Source: Mustelus asterias
Taxonomy: Eukaryota
DNA length: 64,000 nucleotides
Reading direction: 5' to 3'
NCBI RefSeq assembly: GCF_964213995.1
Contig: NW_027590365.1
Location: 248,001 to 312,000 of the forward strand
In this document: positions 53,740 to 64,000 of the stretch, in pieces
Position numbering within the stretch: the first letter of the stretch is position 1
Layout of the letters: each line of letters opens with the position of its first letter
The notes under the pieces: generated by a model
What the model saw: only the letters and a program-made list of their open reading frames with translations
Databases searched by the model: none
Told to the model about the DNA's origin: nothing
Translations under genes and position numbers: made by a program

Positions 53740-54204
53740 GAGGCCGGCTTCAGAAGCTCTCAGGAACTGATGATCCCCGAGCACATTCACACCGGGGAGA
53801 GGCCGTTCAGCTGCTCTCACTGTTCAAGGAGGTTTAGAATATCATCAACACTGCTGAAACACCAGTGAGTTCACACCGGGGAGAAACCATTCACCTGCTC
53901 GGTGTGTGCGAAAGGATTTACTCAGTTATCCAGCCTGCCCAGACACAACATCATCACACCCAGGAGAGACTCTTTAAATGTGGGCGTGGCTTCAAAAGCT
54001 CTCGGGGACTCGTGTCCCACCAGTGAGTTCACACCAGGCAGAGGCTGGTCACCTGCTCTGACTGGGAAGGGATTCACTCAGTCAGCAAACTTGGTGAAAC
54101 ACCAGTGAGTTCACAAGTGATTACAGTTCTGGGATTATTCTTGTGAATCTTTCTTGCCCCTTCTCCAGTGCCTCTATTTCCTTTTTCTAAATGGAGATCA
54201 CAAA

Positions 54205-55295
54205 TAGAACGTAGAACAGTACAGCACAGGAACAGACCCTTCAGCTCACCATGTTGTGTCAAACATGATGCCAAATTAAACTATTCCTTTCTGCCTGCCC
54301 TTGGTCCATATTCCTCTATTCCTTGCATATTCATGTGCTTATTTAAAACCCCCTTAAACGCCCCTATCGTATCTGCCTCCACCACCATCCCTGGCAGCGT
54401 GTTCCAGACACCTACCACTCTCTGTGTAAAACAACCTACCTCTCACATCTCCTTTGAACTTTCCCCGTCTCACCTTAAGTGCATGCCCCCTGGTATTAGA
54501 CATATCAACTCTGAGGAAAAGATTCTACGTCTCTCATTTTAAAGACTGCTATCAGGTCTCCCCTCACCCTCCACCGCTATCGAGAAAACAACCCTCGTTT
54601 GTCAGTCGCTCACACCCTCCAATCCAGGCAGCATCCTGGGAAACCTCTTCTGCATCTTCATCAAAACCTCTGCGTCCTTTCTGTAATGTGGCGACCAGAA
54701 TTGAACACAATATTCTAAGTGCGGCCCAAACAAAGTTTTATAAAGCTGCAACATGACACGCTGACTCTTGTACTCAATAAAGGCCAGCATGCCATATGCC
54801 TTCTTTACCGATAAATATTTGTGTGGCTAATTTCAGGAAGCTATGGACTTGAACCCCAAGACCTCTGTACATGAACTGTATACTTATCCTTAATATTTGA
54901 TCTCCCAAAGTGCAGTACCTCACACTTGCCCGGATTAAAATCCATCTGCCATTTCTCCGCTCATATCTACAGCTGATCTACATCCCACTGTATCCTTTGA
55001 CAACCTTTGACATTATCTACAACTCCATCTAGTTTTGTGTCATCTGCAAGCTTACTAACCCACCCATCCACGTTTTCATCCAAGTTATTTATATATATCA
55101 CAAATAGCGCAGGTCCCAGTACGGATCCCTGCAGAACACCACTAGTCATGGACCTCCAGTCAGAAAAACACCCTCCACCACTACTCCCTGACTTCTATGG
55201 GCAAGTCAATTCTGAATCCAAGTGGCCAAGTGACCGTGAATCCCATGCATCTTCATCTTCTGGATGAGCCGACCATGAGGGACCTTGTCGAAAGC
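54205..55295 (-). mobile_element. 5'-truncated CR1 LINE, degraded
   Basis: AFDKVPHGRL, GVLQGSVLGPALF, LADDTK and LYKTLFGPHLEYC on the minus strand, with the tail near 54205. Confidence 0.85.
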
Positions 55296-55348
55296 CCCAC
55301 GACCCTGAGATTAAGAGTCTCACGTTCTACCGACTGAGCTAGCCGGGC
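55296..55348 (-). pseudogene. tRNA-Lys(CTT) 5' fragment (53 nt) fused to the CR1 5' end
   Basis: Minus strand GCCCGGCTAGCTCAGTCGGTAGAACGTGAGACTCTTAATCTCAGGGTCGTGGG matches vertebrate tRNA-Lys-CTT apart from ~2 bases and stops just before the T-loop. Confidence 0.88.
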
Positions 55349-56044
55349 ATATTATACTACATGATTATACTAATTTCAGGAGAGTGTGTTCACTTTTCTC
55401 ATTTTGCAGAGAAAAGAGAAGTCATTTGCTAAATGGTCTGATAATTCCATTGCTCAATGTAACTCACTGTGTAATAGTCAGACCAAGTCGGTCTATCTCA
55501 CTATCACTGATGGAATTTGTGGAGAAAATGACGAATGCTGTGGACAAAAAGACAATTTACAATAGAGGTTTTTACTGATCTTACACAGATTTTGATACAA
55601 TTGACCATGGAATATTACTTAAAACAAGGGATTAGGGGAGTAGTGAATAAGTGGCTCAGAAGTTATTTGGAAAATCTCAACAATTTGTAACAGTCGATGA
55701 TGTGAATCAGATTTTGTGAATATTCTGTGTGGAGTTTCACAGGGATCTGTTTTGGGCCTTAAATTGTTTATTTTATATATTAATGACATTTGGAATGTAT
55801 CAAAGTTATTACAATTAGTTTTGTTTGCAGATGATGCCAATATGTTTTATTCTGGGTGGGATCTTCAAGAGCTTATTGAAATTGTTAGTGCTGAATTGGA
55901 GAAAATAAAAATATTGTTTGTCAAAAATGAATTGTGACCGACTCTGAGTGGAACGAAGTTTATGTTATTTGGTGAAGTAAATCCCTTGGTTAATATAATA
56001 AACAATGTCAACATTTACAAAAATAGAAGAGGGGTCAGACCCCT

Positions 56045-56075
56045 CTGATGAAGGGTCATCTAGACTCGAAACGTT
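56045..56075 (+). ncRNA. Minimal hammerhead ribozyme motif
   Basis: CUGAUGA-A-GGGUC-aucua-GACUC-GAAAC-GUU: intact core and stem II, palindromic stem III. Confidence 0.55.
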
Positions 56076-56587
56076 GGCTCTATTCTCTCCCCACAGACAA
56101 TGTCAACATTTATTTATTCATGGGATGTGGGTGTCACTGGGACAGCATTTATTGCCCATTCCTAATTGTCCTTGAACTGAGAGGGCAATTAAAGGTAACC
56201 ATGTTGCTGTGGATCTGGAGTTACATGTTGGTCAGACCAGATAAGGTTGGCAGATTTGCTTCCCTAAAGGACATCAATAAACCAGATGGGCATTTATGAC
56301 AATCGACAATAATTCCTAATCATCATTAGACATTTAATCCCAGATTTTCATCTAATTTATATTTCACCAGTTGCCACAATAGGATTCGAACCTGGGTCCC
56401 CAGAGCATTACCCTGAGTCTCTGGGCCACTCGTCCTGTGACACTGCCACTACACCATCGCCTCCCCAATATGGAAATATAGTTCTGGGTGTTCTCCTAGA
56501 CCATATATTTTGTTGGGAACCACATATACAATATATTAAAACAAAATAATCAAAGAGTATTGAAATTCTGAGTAAGACTAAATTTAT

Positions 56588-56926
56588 CATGGAAGCCCTA
56601 CAGTGCAGAAGGAGGCCATTCGGCCCATCGAGTCTGCACCGACCACAATTCCACCCAGACCCTACCCCCATATCCCTACATATTTACCCGCTAATCCCTC
56701 AAACCTACACATCTCAGGACCCTAAGGGGCAATTTTTAGCATGGCCAATCAACCTAACCTGCACATCTTTGGACTGTGGGAGGAAACCGGAGCACCGGGA
56801 GGAAACCCACGCAGACACGAGGAGAATGTGCAAACTCCACACAGACAGTGACCCGAGCCGGGAATCGAACCCGGGACCCTGGAGCTGTGAAGCAGCAGTG
56901 CTAACCACTGTGCTACCGTGCCGCCC
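56588..56926 (-). mobile_element. Full-length HE1-like SINE
   Basis: Nearly the reverse complement of 12041-12380. Confidence 0.88.
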
Positions 56927-57017
56927 ATATTGGATCTGCAGTCATTGCATATTTTGTATTGTTCATTTGAAATGATTCTTCAGAGGTTTGGGGAAACGTT
57001 ATAAAGCATGAATATTT

Positions 57018-57312
57018 GGGCGACATGGCGGCACTGTGGTTAGCAGTGCTGCCTCTCAGTGCCAGGGACCCAGGTTTGATTCCTGGCTTGGGTCACTGTG
57101 TGGAGTCAGCACGTTCTCCCTGCGCCTGCGTGGATTTCCTCCGGGTGCTCCGGTTTCCTCCTACTGTCCGAAAGACGTGCTGGTTAGGTGCATTGGCCAT
57201 GCTAAATTCTCCCTCAGTGTAGCTGAACAGGTGCCGGAGTGTGGTGACTGGGGGATTTTCATTAACTTCATTTCAGTGTTAATGTAAGTCTACTTGTGAC
57301 ACTAATAAATAA
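57018..57312 (+). mobile_element. V-SINE family SINE
   Basis: tRNA-like head, V-domain, and cttgtgacactaataaataa tail. Confidence 0.8.
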
Positions 57313-57936
57313 ACATCAAACTTTAACTTTATTAATCCGATCTACATGTTACAGAAAAAAGCCAAATGAATAGTAATAAAGTGAATTTTCAAGAACTTAG
57401 CAACAAATTGTTTATAAAATGTCCAGGTTTTAAAGTTTAGGAAGTCAGTTGAACTGAAAACTGCAATGATTTTGGATGAAGCAAAAAATGAATCTTTGCC
57501 TGAAAATTTGCAAAGAAACTGTTGACTTTAAGGGATGATGATCATGAATTAAATAGAAAAAAACAAGTTTAAAAAATGTTATGTTTGTACAACTTTGAAG
57601 TCTGTGTATATTTCAGTTTGTGGATGAATCTTTGGAATGCTTTGGGTGAAGATTTGAAAATATGTGTAAATACAGCTTTAAAACAATGTATAAGCTTCAA
57701 ATGTTAGTTTATATAAAGTCATGGAATTAAATAATGGTATTATCTATGAGTTTAATAGAAATACTATTTGAATAATCACAATAATTAGAAAATTATGTGA
57801 CTGGGAAATGGGAATGATGAAGTATTTGATCTGTATTTGTGAAAAGGAGTTGAGATTTATAAGTTTATACTTTTTCCTAGTCCTTTTTGATCAGGTGTTT
57901 ATTTTATTTATGGGCAGTGCAATATAGTATCTTAGT

Positions 57937-58240
57937 GCGGCACGGTGGCACAGTGGTTAGCACTGCTGCCTCACGGCACCAGGGACCCATGGCCAGTTCC
58001 CGGCTTGGGTGACTGTCTGTGCAGAGTCTGCATGTTCTCCCCGTGTCTGCGTGGGTTTCATCCAGGTGCTCCGGTTTCCTCCCATAGTCCAAAGGACGTG
58101 CTGGTAAGGCACATTGGCCATGCTAAATTCTCCCTCAGTCTCCCCAAACAGGCGCTGGGTTGTGGCAACTAAAGGACTTTCACAGTAACTTCATTGCAGT
58201 GTTAATGTAAGCCCGTTTGTCACACTAGTAAATAAATATA
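57937..58240 (+). mobile_element. V-SINE family SINE
   Basis: gcggcacggtggcacagtggttagcactgctgcc head, V-domain and the same tail. Confidence 0.8.
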
Positions 58241-59114
58241 CTATTATAGTGTCATGTTCAAAATAAAAAAATCAGTTCAGTGTAACATAGGTAAGGGGCC
58301 CATTAAATACTCCCACAAGAGACCTCACACCTTTACCATTTCTTATCTTGACCCAAACCGATCCTTCATCCTGATCTTTCAGGCTAAGGTGGTAGCTCTG
58401 TACTGAACTAATGTCATCGTTAATTAATGGGAGAGATCCTATCACCTTTTCCTAGCTTCCTGCCATTCCATTATGTCAAATACCCTTCAATATTTAGATC
58501 CCAGCCTAGGTCACCTTTCAACTAAGTCTCTGTAATGTCTATCAGGACACACACATTTATCTCTATCCGCGCTGACAATTCATCCTTTTTGTTATAAATG
58601 CTGTGTGCATTTTCAGAGATTCAATAATCTAATAGGGATTTAATGTGAAACCTCTTTACCAGCGAGTGGTGAGACTGTAGAACTCACTATTACAGCGAGT
58701 GGTTGAGGTGAACAGCATGAATACATTGAAGGGGAAGCTGGATACATACCTGAGGGAGAAAGGAATAGAAGGATATGCTGATGGGGGGAGATGACGAGGG
58801 GGAGGCTCATGTGGAGCATAAATACTGACACAGACCAATTGAGCCAACTGGCCTGGCCCTGTGCTGTAGACTCAATGGAACAGAGACAAATGTATTTATT
58901 TTAGATCTACCTGTAGCGTTAGGAAAAACACTATTTACTATCCAGAATAAAATAAATATCTTTCATCAGCTTTTGTAGATCATTTCAGTGGAAATGTGCT
59001 CTCCCAGGCTCAAAGAACATCAGCCCACTGGAAGCAAAGTCATGAGACCGGCCAGTCCAGCAGAAAGAAACCGTCCGACCCTCCCACTTCACCTACTGTC
59101 AGAATGAACGTGGT

Positions 59115-60095
59115 TCAGTTCTGGGTGTGATTAATAGCAGCAATAACAGCAGAATCCAATGCTTGTAATCGTTTGTGAATTCGCTGGTGTCTCAGCAGGT
59201 GGGATGATCGTGTGAATCCCTTTCCACATTCATTGCAGGCAAACAGCCTCTCCCCAGTGTGAAGTCGCTGGTGCGTCAGCAGGTTAGATAATCGATTGAA
59301 TCCCTTCTGACACACAAAGCAGTTAAATGGCCTCTCCCCAGTGTGAACTCGCTGGTGTGAAATAAAGTTGGACGAATCACTGAATCCCTTGCCACACATT
59401 GAGCAGGTGAACGGCCTCTCCCCGGTGTGGACTCGCTGGTGTGTCTGCAGACTGGATGCCTGACTAAATCCCTTTCCACACAGAAAGCAGGTGAATGGCC
59501 TCTCCCCAGTGTGAGTTCGCTGGTGTGAAAATAGGTTGGATGAATCACTGAATCCTTTACCACACTCAAAGCAGGTGAAGGAAGCCTCCCCAGTGTGAAG
59601 TTGCTGGTGTCTCAGCAGGTTGGCGGAGTTACTGAATCCCTTCTCACACACACAGCAGGGAAATGGCCTCTCTCCGGTGTGAACTCGCTGGTGTGAATAC
59701 AGGTTGGATGACTGAGCAAATCCTTTACCACACATGGAGCAGATAAATGGCCTCTCCCCAGTGTGAACTCTCTGGTGTGTCTGCAGTGTGGATGAATCGC
59801 TGAATCCCTTCTCACACACGGGGCAAGTGAATGGCCTCTCTCCATTGTGAACTCGCTGGTGTATCAGCAAGTGCGATGACTGAGTGAATCCCTTCCCACA
59901 ATCAGAGCAGGTGAATGGCTTCTCCCCGGTGTGAACTCGCTGGTGTGTCAGCAAGATCGATAACCGAGTGAATCCTTTCCCACAATTGGAGCAGGTGAAT
60001 GGCCTCTCCCCGGTGTGACTGCGTCGATGAATTTCCAGCACTGATGGGGAACGGAATGACTTTTCACAGTCCTCACATTTCCATGCTTTTTCCAT
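59115..60095 (-). CDS. C2H2 zinc-finger protein, 11 fingers (unit Z12)
   Basis: Intact 326-aa ORF from [10 protein letters not shown]. Acceptor gttacag at ~60326-60332; shared 3' UTR block at ~59010-59110. Confidence 0.9.
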   Translation of the reverse strand: MEKAWKCEDCEKSFRSPSVLEIHRRSHTGERPFTCSNCGKGFTRLSILLTHQRVHTGEKPFTCSDCGKGFTQSSHLLIHQRVHNGERPFTCPVCEKGFSDSSTLQTHQRVHTGERPFICSMCGKGFAQSSNLYSHQRVHTGERPFPCCVCEKGFSNSANLLRHQQLHTGEASFTCFECGKGFSDSSNLFSHQRTHTGERPFTCFLCGKGFSQASSLQTHQRVHTGERPFTCSMCGKGFSDSSNFISHQRVHTGERPFNCFVCQKGFNRLSNLLTHQRLHTGERLFACNECGKGFTRSSHLLRHQRIHKRLQALDSAVIAAINHTQN

Positions 60096-60659
60096 GATCT
60101 GAGTGTCTTTCTGTCTCTCCTGCAGTTTTCACAATATGTGCACTGGAACACCGTCACTCGGGTTGCACGGGCCTCGATGCTTTTCTGTTCACACCAATGG
60201 TTCACCCAACTCAAGCAGATAAACGTTTCTTCTTCCAGATTCAAACCGATGACATTCAGCTCCCATGAATTGAGTGAATGTTAGATCTTGACATTTCTAT
60301 CAGCAAATCATCTCCTTCTAATATCCTGTAACAAGAATTTACAAAAGTCATCACTGTCAGAACAAGATAGAAATTCAGATCAGACAATTCTAGTTCCTGT
60401 GGAACATTGCAAAGGATGTCAATGTCTTTAAGAGAGAGAGAAACCTGGGCCAACCTTTCCAGAGTCTGCAGCCTCCCTGGATTCACTTTCTTTCCCTTCA
60501 GTTGCTGCAAGTCCCCAATTTCCCCCAGAATGAGAAAAGAAATGGAAAGGGGGAAACATTGATTTCCTCCCAGATGTTGCCCAGAGGAGGGAGTTTGAGT
60601 CTGAATCTGAATCAATCGAGCTTCCGCATTGTGACGTCACAATGGAGCCCTGCCTGAAT

Positions 60660-61160
60660 CAGCAGAAACTGATAGCCAGGTTCCGCACACACAAGGACGG
60701 CCTCAACCGGGATATTGGGTTTATGTCACACTATTTCACATAAATATTTCTGCTTTTTTCCTCCTGAGTCTTTATCATGCGATCCTAGAATCAGAATTTA
60801 TGTCACACTATTTGTAACTCCCACAGTTGCCTGGACCTGCAGAGTTTCACTGGCTGTCTTGTCTGGAGACAATACACATCTTTTTAGCCTGTCTTGATGC
60901 TCTCCCCACTCCCATTGTTTTGTTTCTTAAAGACTGGATTTGTTGTAAGTATTCGCATTCCAACCATTATTCATGTAAATTGAGTCTGTGTCTTATAAGT
61001 TCTGTTTGTGAACAGAATTCCCACTCACCTGAAGAAGGGGCTCAGAGCCTCGAAAGCTTGTGTGGCTTTTGCTACCAAATAAACCTGTTGGACTTTAACC
61101 TGGTGTTGTTAAACTTCTTACTGTGTTTACCCCAGTCCAACGCCGGCATCTCCACATCAT
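60660..61160 (+). mobile_element. Penelope-like element 3' end inserted in promoter P6, with hammerhead motif at 61026-61062
   Basis: Homologous to 43635-44040. CAC-CUGAAGA-A-GGGGC-ucaga-GCCUC-GAAA-GCUU-GUG. Confidence 0.75.
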
Positions 61161-61560
61161 GAATCAGCCAACAGGAATCAGTCTCTTCCACAATGACGTC
61201 ATGGGGTGCCAGTGCGCAGGCCCGGGCGCGCGGACACGGAAGTCCCGCCCCCACCCATTGTTCCCCTCCCCCTGCACCTCCTCCAGCCAAGGTTTCCAGG
61301 CAACCGGCTGGCGGCTCCGGCCAGAGCGAGAAGCCTCTTGGTGATCACCCCCTCCCCCCGGCCAGGGACTGCGCATGTCCAGTGGAGAGGCGACACTGCG
61401 CATGAGCGGGGCAGCCCGCCTTCTGACCTTCGTGCTGAGGTGTTGACCAATGGGAAAAGACCGGAAGGACTCTGGTCCTTCAGCCAATCGGGCTTTGTGA
61501 TACTCAGATTGAGGTGCACAACAGACTGAAACTTCCTCCTGTCTCTACCATTTGTGAGTG
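61160..61560. promoter_or_regulatory. Promoter P6 plus first exon (donor gtgagt at 61554); head-to-head with Z12
   Basis: Perfect CRE TGACGTCA (~61194 and ~60632), CGGAAGT, GC box, NRF1 and CCAAT boxes. Paralog of P5. Confidence 0.7.
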
Positions 61561-61799
61561 AAACACTTTCTTTCATCCCCCTTTCCATTTCTTTTCTCAT
61601 TCTGGGGGTAATTGGGGACTTGCAGCAACTGAAGGGAGAGGAAGTGAATCCAGGGAGGCTGCAGATTCTGGAAAGGTTGCCCCAGGTCTCTCTCTCTTCA
61701 AGACATTGACATCCTTTCGCTCTCTCAGTCTGACACATTTATTTGTCTGGGTAAAAGGATGGTCTCTTTCCTAATGTTCACAATTAAAGAGATGGTTTA

Positions 61800-63082
61800 G
61801 AACATAGAACATAGAACATTACAGCGCAGAACAGGCCCTTCGGCCCACGATGTTGCACCGACCAGTTAAAAAAAAAACTGTGACCCTCCAACCTAAACCA
61901 ATTTCTTTTCGTCCATGAACCTATCTACGGATCTCTTAAACGCCCCCAAACTAGGCGCATTTACTACTGATGCTGGCAGGGCATTCCAATCCCTCACCAC
62001 CCTCTGGGTAAAGAACCTACCCCTGACATCGGTTCTATAACTACCCCCCCTCAATTTAAAGCCATGCCCCCTCGTGCTGGATTTCTCCATCAGAGGAAAA
62101 AGGCTATCACTATCCACCCTATCTAAACCTCTAATCATCTTATATGTTTCAATAAGATCCCCTCTTAGCCGCCGCCTTTCCAGCGAAAACAATCCCAAAT
62201 CCCTCAGCCTCTCCTCATAGGATCTCCCCTCCATACCAGGCAACATCCTGGTAAACCTCCTCTGCACCCTCTCCAAAGCCTCCACATCCTTCCTGTAATG
62301 TGGGGACCAGAACTGCACACAGTACTCCAAGTGCGGCCGCACCAGAGTTGTGTACAGTTGCAACATAACGCTACGACTCCTAAATTCAATCCCCCTACCA
62401 ATAAACGCCAAGACACCATATGCCTTCTTAACAACCTTATCTACTTGATTCCCAACTTTCAGGGATCTATGCACACATACACCTAGATCCCTCTGCTCCT
62501 CCACACTATTCAAAGTCCTCCCGTTAGCCCTATACTCAACACATCTGTTATTCCTACCAAAGTGAATTACCTCACACTTCTCCGCATTAAACTCCATCCG
62601 CCACCTCTCGGCCCAACTTTGCAACCTGTCTAAGTCTTCCTGCAAACTACGACACCCTTCCTCACTGTCTACCACACCACCGACTTTGGTGTCATCAGCA
62701 AATTTGCTAATCCACCCAACTATACCCTCATCCAGATCATTAATAAATATTACAAACAGCAGTGGCCCCAAAACAGATCCCTGAGGTACACCACTTGTAA
62801 CCGCACTCCATGATGAATATTTACTATCAACCACCACCCTCTGTTTCCTATCCGCTAGCCAATTCCTGATCCAATTTCCTAGATCACCCCCAATCCCATA
62901 CATCTGCATTTTCTGCAGAAGCCTACCATGGTGAACCTTATCAAACGCCTTACTAAAATCCATATATACCACGTCCACTGCCTTGCCCCCATCCACCTCC
63001 TTGGTCACTTTCTCAAAAAACTCAATAAGGTTAGTAAGGCACGACCTACCTGCCACAAAACCATGCTGACTATCACCTATCA
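61800..63082 (-). mobile_element. Young 5'-truncated CR1 LINE with uninterrupted RT frame
   Basis: 396-aa open ORF2 C-terminus (QHGF, YMDFSKAFDKV, KFADDTK); 3' tail (ttctatg)n. Confidence 0.94.
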
Positions 63083-63699
63083 CTTTCTCCAGGATAGGCT
63101 GACATTTAAATTAAGATAGGACAGAGATACGTCTAGTCTTGTAATATGGTACAGATTAGATATATTATTTGTAACAAAATACATTAATTATTTCTAATCT
63201 TGTATTATCCTACTGTAGCTACAATATGCATTTCCAGTCAGCGTCATTACGACACAAGGTGTCCATTCAGTAATTTGAGCCTATGCTAACACTCTGTAGG
63301 ACAATCCAGTCACTCCCATTCCTTCTCTACATCCCCAGTCCCCCTACAGGTTATTTCCTTCAAGTGCCCCCCCCCCCCAATTTCATTCTGAAATTATTCA
63401 CCTTCTCTGCTTCCATCAAGCTGGTAGGCAGAGAGTTTCAGGTCAGCAACACTAGCTGTCGAAATAAAATACTCCCTCACAGCCCTATGTATCTCTAATC
63501 ATGTAATAGAGAACTGTATAATTATACATCATAGTGTTATTGGGTATGTATTAAATACAGCAGAATGTGAATAGAGAGTGTGTGGTCCAGATATTTACGG
63601 CCTTCGATAAATGAGAGAGGAATGAATGTTCCTTCGCAATTAAAATTCTGTTCTGAATTTCTAACCTGTACTGTCACTGATAACGTTTGTAAACTCTTT

Positions 63700-64000
63700 T
63701 ACAATATATTAGGGGAGGAGATATCGCAGACAGAACTCTCAAAGCAGATAGCACATCAGGATCTGACAGAGTCACTCCATTCATCGGGAGCTGAATATCA
63801 TCAATCTTGAATCTAAAAGGAGAAATGTTTGTCCTTTTTGTCTGCTGTGAAAGATTTTAACATCAGTGTGACTGGAACAGTACAGAGAATGATACCTGAG
63901 TGAGAGTGTACAATGCAGTGACTGTGAAAGGATCTTTAATCAGTTACATTGGCTGAAGCAACATCACACCATTCACAGCAGGGAGAGACTGCACACTGGT
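63700..64000 (+). other. Start of ZNF exon of unit Z13 (linker and decayed fingers), continuing beyond the window
   Basis: ILGEEISQTELSKQIAHQDLTESL linker and catcagtgtgactgg motif. The usual acceptor reads ttttacaa rather than ttttacag. Confidence 0.6.

Larger units (their letters stand above)
55390..57905 (+). mobile_element. Old AT-rich non-LTR retrotransposon (CR1/L2 superfamily) interrupted by nested inserts
   Basis: FDTIDHGILL, GVSQGSVLG.KLFILYINDI, LFADDAN and FLGVLLD..W..HI..IK.KI.KSI.IL motifs, interrupted at ~56030, 56110, 56590 and 57018. Confidence 0.7.

Noticed and set aside
55296-55348. Functional tRNA-Lys gene
   Set aside because: It lacks the T-loop/B box and the 3' acceptor strand, so it is reported as a chimeric fragment instead.
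61164-61738. GC-rich ORFs in promoter regions (also 13812-14735, 43990-44897 and 49559-50036)
   Set aside because: Open frames are expected in CpG-island sequence and are not conserved in frame between paralogous promoters.

Overview
Eukaryotic (vertebrate) genomic DNA, most likely a shark or other cartilaginous fish, judged from HE1/V-SINE-like and HER1/CR1-like retroelements. The window is a dense cluster of about 13 Krueppel-type C2H2 zinc-finger (ZNF) gene units on both strands. About 7 have long open finger arrays; the rest are disrupted or truncated. No KRAB, SCAN or BTB exon is visible. The units share duplicated building blocks: CpG-rich, often bidirectional promoter cassettes (NRF1/YY1/CCAAT/GC-box motifs plus an unexplained GGAGGACC..GGTCCTCC palindrome), a short first exon, a common intron segment, a decayed acidic linker and decayed fingers upstream of the 'MEKPWKC' start, and shared 3' UTRs. 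Between genes are many CR1 and L2 LINEs, tRNA-derived SINEs, a gypsy integrase relic and a 37-bp minisatellite. Also present are Penelope-like elements with inverted termini and minimal hammerhead-ribozyme motifs, and a tRNA-Lys(CTT) fragment fused directly to a 5'-truncated CR1. Coordinates of degraded elements are approximate, and all calls come from reading the sequence by eye.
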